A stretch of 64,000 bases of DNA from positions 48,424,001-48,488,000 of the forward strand of contig NC_087447.1 in NCBI RefSeq assembly GCF_036321535.1, in the 5' to 3' direction. The notes below the pieces were generated by a model. It was given only the letters and a program-made list of their open reading frames with translations, ran no database searches and had not been told where the DNA came from. Numbering within the stretch: position 1 is the first letter of the stretch; each line of letters starts with the position of its first letter. Below are positions 24,512 through 37,371 of this stretch, one piece after another. A program made the position numbers and the translations under genes. This DNA comes from Camelus dromedarius. Lineage: Eukaryota.

Positions 24512-26925
24512 TTAACTGTGTAGGAAGCTTCTGTAGCATGAAACTTAGATTTGAAGAATATCTTGTAGTTTGCAAAGTACTTTCCTAACCCTTTCATTTC
24601 ATGCATCTTCTGGAATATATTTCATCTTCCCAGTTAAAAGGAGGGGATGGAAGTTCAGAGAGGTGAAGTGACTTGCCAAGACTTGAAAACAGGCTCCCCT
24701 GATGCAATACTCCCCGTCCCCAACCCCAACAGTATCTGCCACATTCAAACTGTTTCTCTAGATAAGGGAGATGGTGTGGAAAGGGAGCTTAACATGTAAT
24801 GAACAGTTTTGTTTTATTGGAACAGGTAAGGATTCTTCTTATGCCACGTGGTGGTGAAAAGAGGAAAAAGAACCTTTATTGAGCACCTACCTTGGGCCAG
24901 CCATGGTGCCAAGAGTTTCTTATGCATGTCATAGGTTTTTGTGCATTATTACCCTTGTTTTACAGATGACGAAGCTGGGCCCAGAGATGTGAAGTGATTT
25001 GCTCAAGGTCACATGAGAGTCAGTAAGTGGCAGAGCTGGGATTTGAACCCTGGTTTGCCTGACTCTAATGCCACACTGTGCAGAGGTGAAGCACCAAAAT
25101 AAAGTGTGGAAAGTACCCAACTTAACAGATATAGAAGTCGATGTGGAATTCACTGTTACATTTTATATGAAGTGAATTATATAGTTTAACATTAAAACGA
25201 TTTGGAAATTTCCAACCAGGTACCACTGCTCCAGGTGAGCAAGATGGAGAACGAGAAAAAATCAAGAGACTTAATTTCCTTCCCCAGACTCCACTGGGGA
25301 ACTGAAGAGAGCCGATTTCAAGACCAGTGAGAGGCATTGTGCTAACATGAAACAAATACTGTGTCAGAGAGCTGAATTCCAGCTGGGGGTCAAAATATCT
25401 ACCTCTGAATTCCAGCTCTCTTATTATCATCTGAGTGACCAGAGCACTCAGTCTCTTTGAGCCCTGGTTTTCTTATCTGTTATATGGCATTTTATTATTT
25501 ACCTACATGTTTTCTAGGAGGATCAAATGAAAGAATTTTGTGATAAAGAAATTATAAACAGCAGCATAATTCATTTTTCTTCTAATCATGCCTCTGCTAC
25601 CAACAGACTATGTAACCTCCCTGGGCCACAGTCTTCCCAACTGTAGAGCAAGGGGATGCAATAAGGGGACTGTTAATGTTGCTTTAATAAATTTCTAAAG
25701 ATAGGTTCTGAATGAACAAATCATCCTCACTTAGAAGCTCATCCCTCTGGTTGCCTACCTTTTGAGATTTGATATTTTAAATAAAGTACTGGTCAATATG
25801 GCCAGAATTTCTATACTGCCAGTAGCTCACCATGGATACTACTGAGCTGTCACTGCAGCTCCTGACTTAGGTTAACCTCTCAAATTTCGAAACACTGAAC
25901 ATGTGAGCAAGTGCTGAGACTCAATTAGGTACATAAACACTGTGAGAAAACAGCAGATCAGACACCATGTGATGTGGCTGGTGTGGGTGGACAAGAATTG
26001 AACTTTACAAAAGGTGATGCAGTGTAAAGATAATAATAACAATGACTAGTAATAGAACTCACACTTCTGATGATGATGAAAAGGGCAACAGAAGAAAAGG
26101 CCCACAGCAGGGGGCCTCTGTGCCCTCTGAGTCGTCATAACACATGATTGCCAAGACTCCAGTTCCCCTTTCTTGAGCCCTCCAATGGAGATCTGTCATT
26201 TGTTGTGTACCTACCATGTACCATGGTGTAGTTTTCCTAAATGTTATCTAATTTGTACCTCACAATAACCATGAAAAAATTGTCTCCACTTTATAGATGA
26301 GGAATCTTAGGCTCAGCATTGTTACATAACTTGTTCACACAGCTAGTAAATGGTAGAGATGGGGTTGGAGGCCAAGTCTCTCTCGTTCCAAAGTCCAGGC
26401 TCTTTCCATTGCACCAGAAATCCTTTCCAAGGCTGTATAATCCACAGATTATTTCTGCCTTCTTCACCTAGACCACTTGTATACATTCTTACACACTTGG
26501 CTGAGGTGTCTGATTTAAGAAGGCTTCCATGAAATTCCAAATTGACCCAAATAATCTTTTTTGAGCTCCTTTGTCTTCTTTATGGTACCTGTCACATTCT
26601 AATTTTTTTAATCTGTATATTTATGAGGTAGGCCATAAACTCAATAGCAGAAACTGTCTTAATCATCTTTAATTTCCACTACCCAGAACAGAGCAGAGCA
26701 TATAAGAGGTTTTCATTGAATAATTTTTGAGTTGTACTGAGCAGAATTAAAAAACGCCACAATGAAACCTTTAAACCACCACTGGCTGTGAATTCGTAAG
26801 TGCTAGGCTTAAATAATTATTTGATAAAGAAAGCATTTTCCAAGTTTGTTCAATATTGTTGAGTCTGTTACACTCCTCACTCCAAGTCTGTCTCATGGAA
26901 CAAAAAGCAGATTCTGGAAGGCTCA

Positions 26926-27207
<282 letters not shown>

Positions 27208-27943
27208 TCAAGCTATTCCCTGGATTTGAAATGTTTCTGCTACTAAAACTGCCCTTTTTAAGGCTCAGTTCATAAATATTACCCAGCAAGAAGTAACTTC
27301 TCCCATCTCCCTGCACTTTATGGGGTGATGGAAAATACTGGATTGAGAAGCAAAGGACAAACCTGCAAAGAGGCCTGGACTTACAAGTCAGATGATCAAA
27401 GATCAGCTCTGCCATACACATTGTGTGTGACCTTGGGCAAGGCCTATGTAGGCTACCGCTTTCTCAAATAGGGTGTATGGTACTTAAACCTCCTCAGATG
27501 TTGTAAAGGTTAAAAATAAATAATCATAGTAGGTAGCAGGTAACACTTACATATCACTTGCTGTGTACCAGGCACTATTCTAAGTACTATACATGTATTA
27601 ACTCATTTAATCCTTACAACACACCTACGAGGAAGATATTATTATTGTTCCCATTATACAGATAAAAAAACTGGGGTACAGAGAGACCAAATATTTACTA
27701 AGAGGTTATACATTTATTAAATGGTAAACTGAGAGTCAAATTCAACCATTCTGACTCTACTGTGCAAGCTCTCGGCCAGTACCTATATTGCCTCCACTAG
27801 AGTTAATGAATGTAAAACACTGAGTACGGTGCTGGTGTTAATTTTTACAAGACTGGGTTTCCGAAGTGGGAGGTTCAGTCATTCATTCTCTCTTAAAACA
27901 ATGTAAAATGAAGACAAATGATAATACTAGATAGTCTAACTGA

Positions 27944-28150
27944 ACTGTCCAACCAGGTAGCCACTAGTCACATGTGGCTATTTTATTTTAAATTAGTGAA
28001 AATTAAATTAAGATTAAAAATTCCATTTCTTAGCTGCACTAGGTATATTTCAAGCACTCAACAGTCACATGTGTCTAGTGGCTACCACACTGGATAATAA
28101 AAAATATAGACCATTTCCAGAATATTACGAAGTTCTTTTGGACAGTGCTG
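27944..28150. mobile_element. MER3/MER33-like hAT element
   Basis: ctgtccaa...gtagccactagtcacatgtggctattt...ttggacagtgctg; internally palindromic. Confidence 0.75.
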
Positions 28151-30752
28151 AATAGTGCAGACTCTCTATAATGGAGATTGTGTATTCCCTAAGACCCCTC
28201 AGCTCTGCAATGCTGTGACCCTCAGGATTACACCTGAAGGAAAGAGAAAACAATAGGAGAAAATAAGTATGTCTTAAACATTATTTATGTGATTCAGAGG
28301 AATAAATTCTCTATGTGGATTCTAACTGATTTGTCTTCTTTCTACCTGTCTAGCTCAAGGTTTCCCCAAATCCATCGTGTCACTTCACTTTGGACATGAA
28401 GTTAATCTTTGAGCTTCACCCTGCTCCTTCTCTGAGCACTCTTTTCAGTAACTACTCTTTCAAAGACTTCAGGTTGTCCCTGTGGACAGAAAGCAATCCA
28501 ATAAACAAATTCATACTCACGAACACTTTCACAAGAAGTGTAACATTTAATAAGCAGCCTTTGAAAGACAGACTTTAGTATCTTCTACTCTGAGAAGCCT
28601 CTCTTGACTCTCTGGGTAGAATCAGCAAACTTTATATCCCCAGTTAGATCTCTCCTCCAACTTCAATATTCTTTTAGGGAAACAGAAGTACCTGTAATTT
28701 TGCTTTGCTATATCTTCCTCAATCAAAACAATTTCCATTAGAGCAGACCAATTCTTTTCAAACTTTTCCACCAAAGTAATAACAACCCAGAGAAAAGTAA
28801 ATACTAAAATCTGGAGTGTGGGAGTTCCTGTTGCCTTGAAAGAGCAACAAGAACATGACATCAATTAGCAGGTTTGTATTTTATCTAAAAATTCAGAAGG
28901 ATTTTATATTATCTTCCACAATATAGCCTTATTTGTTTAAACTAAAAATGATCCCCACTCCCCCCAAATTTTGATAAAAAATGTACACGTCATGTTTATC
29001 TCATGACTTCTAACAACCAGACCAGATGGCATTACTTTTTAGTTCTTCCTACTGAGGATAATAAAGAAAGAAAATGGGTGACGAACAGAAAAAAGGGAGT
29101 GAAGCTTTTGCCAGAAGGCCTTGGGAAAGAGAAGCGAAGAGAAGGAAGAGGAATGCTGGCCTTGGAAGTGAGAGCTTGTGGTGGCTGCGAGGCAGGAGGG
29201 GGCTGAGGTGCAAGCAAGAGCCACCAACAAAGCAGGACCAAGAGAAAGCCTTATCCAGGAGTCAGAAAAGCCTTAGAATCAGAAAAGCACTAAGATACAG
29301 AGAAGAACTACCTGGGAAACAAAATAAAACCAAAAACCATTGGCTACAACATGGCAAAACCAGTTTATAAGCATATTCTTGAAATAGCAGGAAAAAATGA
29401 CTCCAATAAAATGGTACTAAGCAAAGAATATATAGCACCCATCATTTTGAGTATAAAATGTACAGAACAGCACTAATAGTACCTTTATCTAGTGAGCTAT
29501 CTTCTTAAAAGTTTTATCATGAAACTGAACAGTATTTACGTGGACTGACTTGTTCAGCATCCACCTCCGCTTACTTGCATTCTATTGTATTCCTTTATTG
29601 TAGAGATTGAAAGGGTCACAACTACACTTCCCAGACTCTTTGGTGTGAATACAAACTGGCCTCTATCAATTAGATCCCATTACAACAGCTTTGGAAGGCA
29701 GATGTGAGGCAGAGGACATGTTCCTTTTCCTTCTGCTTCAGCTCCAGCAAGGATGACAATAAGCCTTCTGTTCCAGGGTTTGGTCCCTGGGTGCCCAGAG
29801 GCCCTATGGTAATAGTGATGATGAGAGTTTCCTATCACTGGACGGCAGTGTTGGCACTGTATCCCGAACTTCAAAGACCTACTGGTTCTCTCTGAGAGCT
29901 TAGCCTAGAGCCCATTCCTTCCAGTAACTTGAACTACCTTAATAGTCTATATTAAACAATGCTCTGTTTAAAATGTCTGGAATGGGCTGTTTCCTATAAC
30001 TGGACTCTCCCTGACACAGCTTTCATCTTTCTCTCTCTTTCTCAGTCTCAGCTCTCAATCTCTCCCATTTTCCTTAGTAGGTCTCAAGTTTCTCAACTGA
30101 TTTCTTCCAATAAAAGGTCATCAATCCTCACAGTAAGGAGAGATAACTTGCCCCTATGCTGGCAGTTCCCACAGTACTCTACGATAATGTGTGTCTGTGT
30201 TTCCATCACTAAACTGCGAGCTCCCTGAATGCAGAGAGTAGACTCACGGCCCTTATTAAAGATTTGCAGACTCCCCACTGTCCTTTGTTTACAGACAGTT
30301 GCCAGGGTTGGAGAAGAGAGAAAAGCTGTCTTGTCTGCACGCAGTGTGCACCAGCAGAGGACAGCAGCTTCTGCTCAGGAAAGCTCTGCGAGAGATCAGC
30401 AGAGAAGACCAATCGTAGCTCTGAGAGACAGAAGCCATCGGTTCTGCTGTGCTCTGCCTTTGCTTTACTGTGACATATTGGGTACTTCATTCTGGCTCTC
30501 TGGGCATCAAGTTTCTTAATCAGACACATGTACTCTCAAATCTCTTCCCGCAATAAAATTCTATGAGTCTAGATATATACCAGTAGTGCTCAGACCTCTC
30601 TCGTACCCCAATCCCTTCTTTTAAGGTTTGCTATTTTTGAGGCTACTATTTGCTAAAGCCCTTGAACTAAAAGTACTACTTTTACTTTTGGGAAAAAACT
30701 GTTTCTTATTCAGTCCCTTTTTAAAAACAAAATTTAAATTTATTATTTTATT

Positions 30753-30857
30753 GGGGGGAGGTAATTGGGTTTTTATTTATTTACTTATTTTTAATGGAGG
30801 TATGAACCCAGGACCTCGTGCTTGCTAGGCATATGCTCTTCCACTAAGCTATCCCCC
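30753..30857 (-). mobile_element. tRNA-derived SINE (camelid vic-1-like)
   Basis: ggggggaggtaattgggttt...aatggaggtatgaacccaggacctcgtgcttgctaggc...ctaagctatccccc. Confidence 0.8.
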
Positions 30858-33559
30858 ACCCCCACCACCCCCACCTTACTCAGTCTTGAACAGAAATACC
30901 CTTTTCATCCAAACAGGCAGGTGATAATGAAATCATCTTGGGAGAGCAGGTCTATCAGGTTTCTCTGGCTCTCCCTTTGTTGGTGGAAATTCAACTGCGC
31001 CTGTTTACATTTCTGGAAAAGGTCAAGTTCTGAAACACTTTTGGAGGCAGCCGCAATGCAAACCACTATACCTCCCACAAGGGTTTGGACACACACTGAG
31101 AGCAGTTAAGAGGACTTGAGATGAACCATCTTTACCGTTTTAAGAGTTTTCACTGAATTTCCTATGTTTTACACAGTATCAAAAGGTGGTAGTTTTATGC
31201 ATCAAGAATGTTTCAAGTGTTTCAAATGAGATTAAAATGACAACCCCTTATTTTTAACACTTTGTAGCTTACGAACTGTTTTCTTACACACTAAACTTGT
31301 GCTGGTAACATCCCTGATAATCACAGAAGATGGGTGTCTCTATTTTAGAAATAAGGCAATCAAGGAACAGAGAGATAAAGTGGCTTGCTAGTCACATATC
31401 TGGAAAACTAGCATTTAGAAGATCCAGCCAGGTTTCCTAACTCTTATTTCAGGGTTATTCCATCGCAATAATTCTAATTAATTCTATCTGGTTAGGAGAA
31501 GAGCTTTCTCTTTGGTCTGGAGCAAATGGATGGAAACTTTCTCTCAAGCAATGCCCAAATTTGTACGTTAATAAAAACTTCGTTTAGTTCTGTTAAGCTA
31601 ACATTAACTGACGCCTGTCATACATGCACAGATGAGAGAGATTTGATTCTTGATCTGGAGGCAGACACAATTATATAATTATAGTAAGATAAAGACTATA
31701 CCAAAGGCACAGGGGGCTGTGGGAACCCAGAAGGACCCTCTAACCCTGCCTGGGTAGTTTAAAGAGAGTCTCTAAAGGCTGATGACACTGAACATGGTTT
31801 TGATTTTCACTGAGTATAACTTAGATTACTTCAAATCACTCTACCTCTCTATTCCTTAATTGCTTCATTTGTAAGACAGGGCTAGAGATAGTCTAGTATG
31901 TCATGATCAGTTTAAGCACACAAATCTTGTAAGTACTAAGGCTGATTCTTAAGAGTTCCTGAGAGCTTTTCCTAAGAAACTCGTATTTCAGAATCAGGAC
32001 CACAGTGGGGACCATACTGCCTAAGATGAGCACATAATTCTGGGCTATTTGTGAATCCTCTGTATGCAACTTTGCACTAAGGAACCACTCCTTTCCTTCC
32101 TCAAGAAAGAAGCTTTCAAAGCATGCGACAGGCAGACAAGCTGGGAACACAAAGGCAGGAGGAAAGCCAATGCAGATATTAAGGAAGCATCTACATCATT
32201 TTCACAAAAGCTTGGTAATTTATAGCTGACTCAGAGTATGGGATATGCTGCCCTCAGCTCCATATTCTTAGAAGATGAGAGCTGAAGTGAATCTCAGATA
32301 TGATCTTGTGTGATCATTACATTTTACAGTTGAAGAAAAGAGAAATGAGTTTGCCCAAAGACATGAAGCAAGTTAATGGCTTAGCTAAGACCAAAACCCA
32401 GTCTTCTGACTTCCATTCCAGAATTCCTTCTATTACATGATTGGAGAGATGGTGGACAGGTCTGCACACACCACAGTGTCTGACTGAAGCATAAATATCT
32501 GTGGGGGGAAGGACTATACGGGCTTATCACTGCACGGGTGGGACTCAAGAGACAAGATACTTCTGAAAGTGTCCACCCTGATGCTTGATCTGTGCTGGCT
32601 AAATAAAAAGAGGCCAAATAACAAATGATTTACAGATTTGTAACTCATGCCAGAAATATGAGAGGTGTTAAGCATCATATTCACAAACAAGAGGACATTA
32701 TGTTTGCTGAGCTGCCATCATAAAGATCAAGGTGCTGAGATACAGAAATAACACACAGTCCCTGATCCCAAAGAACAAACAGCCTAGTGTTAAGAAACAT
32801 TTTCAGTACAGAGTAATTAGTAATTAGTAATTGTGTGGGGGTGGGGGCAGCAGACGGGGAAGTTTTGGGAACACAGAGGAAAGTTTTCTGCCAGTAGGGT
32901 GGTCAGTAGACTTAAAAGTATTGGTATCACTTAAGTCTACTCTTGAAGGATGAGGAGCAAGTTTGCTGAAGAAGAGGGGAAAAAGAAATTCTAGGTGGAG
33001 GAAAGAGTATGATCAAAGGTAATGTGAGAGAACGAGGCACTGACAAAAAGCAAACTGTTGAATGTAAGAAATGGTGAGAGACGAGGCTGGAAAGACTGAT
33101 GGGGGACACTCTGTGAGCTACAGCAGAGACTGCAGGTAATATGAAGTCAACAAAGTATTTTAAGTGGAGAGATGAGGTCATGTTTGTTGACCAGACATAT
33201 AACCTCAGTGGTAGAATGAAAAAGATACTGAAGGAGAATATGAGAGCAGCAACCATTGAGAAGGCTATCTCATTAGTCCAAGTTTCTGAAGGCTGAACAA
33301 GCAAGGTGGTAGTGAGAATAGAGAAAAGGTGACAGAAACTTTCTGTGTAAGAGGACATGATCCTATACCCTGCAGTGGATACAGAGGAAACTTATTAAAT
33401 ATCTGTTGAATGAATCCACTAATTTCTGCAACTTATCCTCTGTTAAATTCCACGTAAGCAAGTTTCCTGCATGGGAGGCAAAGTAGAAAATCAGAGAACA
33501 TATTAGAAGGAAAAGAAAGCATTTGAGGAAGGCCTCAGATTCATCAGCTTCCACATTTA

Positions 33560-33950
33560 ACAAATATTTACTGCTTATGTGTCAGACATAGTTCTAGGTG
33601 TTGGGGATTCAGCAGTAAATAAAACAAAACAAAAAAATTTCTGTCTCTGTAGGTCTTAAATTTTTCTAGAAAGAAAATAAACAAAATATACTATTAAAGG
33701 CTATGATAAAAAATAAAGCAGGAAAGTGGGATAGGTATTGTTGGGGAGAGGATGAAATTTCAAGTGGGTGATCAAGGGAGGTCTTGTTGAGACAGCGATT
33801 TCAGTAAAGACATGCCAGAAGTGAAGAGCATTCCAGGCAGAGGGATCATTAGATTCAAAGGCCCCAAGCAGGAATCTGCCTATATATTCAAGAGAAAGCA
33901 AAGAGGCCAGCATGGCTGGAACAGGGTCAATGAGGGAAGAGCAGGATGCC
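33560..33950 (-). mobile_element. LINE-2 fragment
   Basis: catttaacaaatattta...gcattccaggcagaggga...gaggccagcatggctggaaca. Boundaries approximate; similar L2 relics near 46300-46990 and 57250-58420. Confidence 0.65.
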
Positions 33951-36900
33951 CGGTAGAGTCTGGTAATTGGGGAAGGGAGAAAGGAATCCAGGCTAAAAAA
34001 GGTGCATGAGCAAAGGCCCAGGGAACGCTTATAGTTTGTTATGATAGGAAGGGAAAGGAAGCCAAGCAGTGCTGGGAAAAGTCACCATTGTGTCATCCAC
34101 AGCCACCCTAAAATCAGGTCAATTAGTCTTAGCTGAGCCCTTCCTGCAGCTCAGCAATTTTTAAATTTATCTTTTCATGATTTCCTGTAGCTCCCTTGCA
34201 ATGGCCATGAATTCCAGCCAAAGAGATCAATTACCGTCCCCCGTGCTCCCTCCAAACAAGCCTAGAGCATACACTTTTTCACTTCAATACCTTTGTCCAA
34301 GTTGAAACATCCACCTGGAATTCCATTCCCACCTTTCTGAAATCACCTTCATTCTAAAAAGTTCTGATTTCTTACACATGTCTGATTTCTCTGTTCTTAA
34401 ATTGTCTTAAAACTAGATACTGTATTACCCTTCTGGCCCTCAGAACATTCTGCTTCATATATCATGAACTGTGTAGTTACCAATCCCCTTAACTCGGTTA
34501 TCAGCTCTTGGAGGACAGAAACTATGTGTTATTTGCTCTATACCTGGCACTGGCCTGACACAGATTTACTACTTGCTAAATTGAACCACTATTCTCACAC
34601 TGTAAGCACAGGACTGGGCATGTAGCACATAACCACCCCAGCAAACACAGAGTGTAGGCAGGACTAACTGGTAAACACAGCTGTATCTCATATCTGAGAA
34701 GCAGCATGGTATAAAGGAAAGAGCATGGGCTTCAGGTCCAAACCTAGCTGGATTCAAATTTCAGTTCTGTAGAGCTTATTAACCATGTAATTCAACTCAT
34801 TTTACCTTTCTGAGCTTCAGTTTTCTCATTTGGAAAGTGGGTATGTACTGTAATCTGCTCTTACTATAACCCCAGTTGTGGTTAAGGATTAAATGAGATA
34901 ATTAATGTACAAAAATGAGAATAGAATTTGGCACAAGGAGATGCTCAATAAATTACTGTCAATTACCTTGTGAAGCCATATTTAAAAAATGTAACTCACT
35001 GTCTAACTGAAAAGTTACAAGTATATTTTGCTTTTTGCAATATGGGGGGCACCCCTAAAATGGAACATAAATTATTTTTGCACCTTAAATTTCATTTTCA
35101 ATGCAAAAACAAAACACCAAAATAACTCTTGCAAAAATAAAAGTTTTTTTTTGTGCTTTCCTTAAACTCATTCATCTACTGATTTTTCTCTTTTTAAAAA
35201 ATCCAGTTTTTACATATCAGACTTGTCACAAATGGACTGCTTTGGTAGGGCAGTAAAAAGCAAAAACTATTTCCCAATTTTGTGACTCATACAGGATCTC
35301 AGAATCTCTAACACAGCAAAGCAAGATTGTACATGAAAACTTTGTCCTGAGATAGAATGTTTTAAGGTCTCTGATACACAAAGGTTGTGAGAAGGATAAG
35401 AACCTCTGGGTCTTTGTGGAAGCTTACAATCCTGAAAGTAATGTCTGTTGGTAGTGTGTATGGGGAGAAATAGGAATGAAAGACAAACAACAGATACTAT
35501 GGAGTATGAGTTTTGTTTCTGTTCCAAAGTAATAAGGGTACAAAGCAAAAACTGAAGCAACACCGAATTGACAGGAGCCAAGTAGGGAGGCCAAACCAAA
35601 AGACATATATTGAGACCTTATGGTTTTCTGACTCTCACAGCCATCGCACAACTCAGAACTATTAATCATAGCCACTGACAAATGAGAAATTCAAGACAGA
35701 ATAATTTGCTCAAGGTCACACACACACATAATTTACTGGCCGGGAATACAGGGTTGAATACATTCCTACAAGAAGGTAAGCACCACAAGGGCACTATTTT
35801 TGTCTGCTTGTTCACTGCTTTATTCCCAGCACCACGGACAGTTCCGCACATAGCAAATACTACATAAGTTTTGTTGCTGAATGAATAAATGAATGAATGA
35901 ATGAATCAGATAAAGTCTTTGCTCTTAAACAGCACCTACTTAATGGAGAAGTAAAGCATACAAACAATTTTAGGACATGTGATATATGCTATAATAAAGA
36001 GGGCAAAAGTGCTAGAAGAGCAAAAAGGAGGGGACCTTTTTGTCAGGGAAACTCTGGTAAATGGTGATGGTTGAGCTGACTCTTGAGAGAGGAGGAGGAA
36101 TTAAGACAGGCAAAAGAGAAGGGTGACAGCAAAGGGAAAATTTCAGGAGAGATTACAAGGTCGAATAAAAGTATGGCAGGGGTTCTTTGGTTGTCTGATG
36201 AGGTCTATGGGCCTCATCTTTTAATACTGACTTTTAAAAATGCACAGTGTAAAATACATAGGATTACAAAGAAATCAAATCATACTGGCATATTATCAAA
36301 ACACTAAAAAACTGTGATATATTAATATGTGTGCTTCATTAATCATAACAAGACTTAATTATAGGTTTAATAACTACTGTAATTTTGAAGTAATTATAGG
36401 TATAAATATTCCAAGATATCTGCAGTAATTAAAATATGATATGAAAATACCTATGATTTCTATTGTTGACAACATCACAGGCACTGTTAATATTACTACT
36501 GTCTATTGCCTACGTTCACAATTGGAGGAAATGCTAAATTTTAGTTTGAGGTTAATAAAAATAAAATGTAACTATTTTCCCATCCAAGTTCACCTACTCT
36601 GACTTTTATCCTTGGATCCCTTGGCAGTTTATGGACCCAGTGTTAAGAATCCTTAGCCTTGGGTAGGTAATAAAGAGGGCTTGAGTTGGTAGGAATGGAG
36701 AAGAAGGCAGAGATCTAAGAGACATTTAAGAGATGGAACAATGAATGGATCTGATGATTTGATGGTGGATAAAGAAAAGAGAAGAATCTAAGTTGATACT
36801 CAGGTTTCTGGACTGAGGAATTTATGACATGCGAAATTAGGATAACTGAAAAGGCCCACTCAGGTTCAGAAAGGCTTTCATGTTGTTTAAACCTTTAGTC

Positions 36901-37032
36901 TTGAGAAATACAATAATTATTAAGATGATTAATAGTTCTTCCAGACCCTGTCATTATTAGAAAGATTTGTGAAGACAGGACCATAGCCTGCAGAGTCAGA
37001 TACCTATTTCTGGATAAGTGAACAGAGCATAC

Positions 37033-37371
37033 CTTTCAAGCTCAAGTGCATTGCTCTTTCTACCAGGATGCTGACTGCAAAAGTTCCATCCAACTCGGTA
37101 GGACCCTCCTGGGCTGGGCAGACTTCAGCTGTGGTGCTGTTACAGGGGACCTTGGTAGAGGCTGGAGAATTCTGGTGGCCATGTGGTGGAGAGAGCTGGA
37201 TCTCATCATTTCCTCTGGGGAACTGCTCAGACTCACTGTGGCTGCTGCAGTCCATGGAGTCCAGCTCATGAGTGGGCCCAGGGTGTGAAGAAAGAGAGGA
37301 AAAAACCACATGAACTCGCAAGGCAGCTCCTAAGAGGTTGGAAGCATTTCGTCCAAACAGAGGATACACAC
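37033..37371 (-). CDS. C2CD3: C2CD3 exon (~24), 339 nt, (G)[12 protein letters not shown]...[10 protein letters not shown]
   Basis: ORF 37004..37405; acceptor ttcttgcag|GT, donor G|gtatgc; phase 1/1. Confidence 0.95.

Noticed and set aside
28346..28479. FKBP-like peptide LLKRVLREGAG in one minus-strand frame
   Set aside because: Only about 11 residues, surrounded by several stops, with no further similarity; likely chance.
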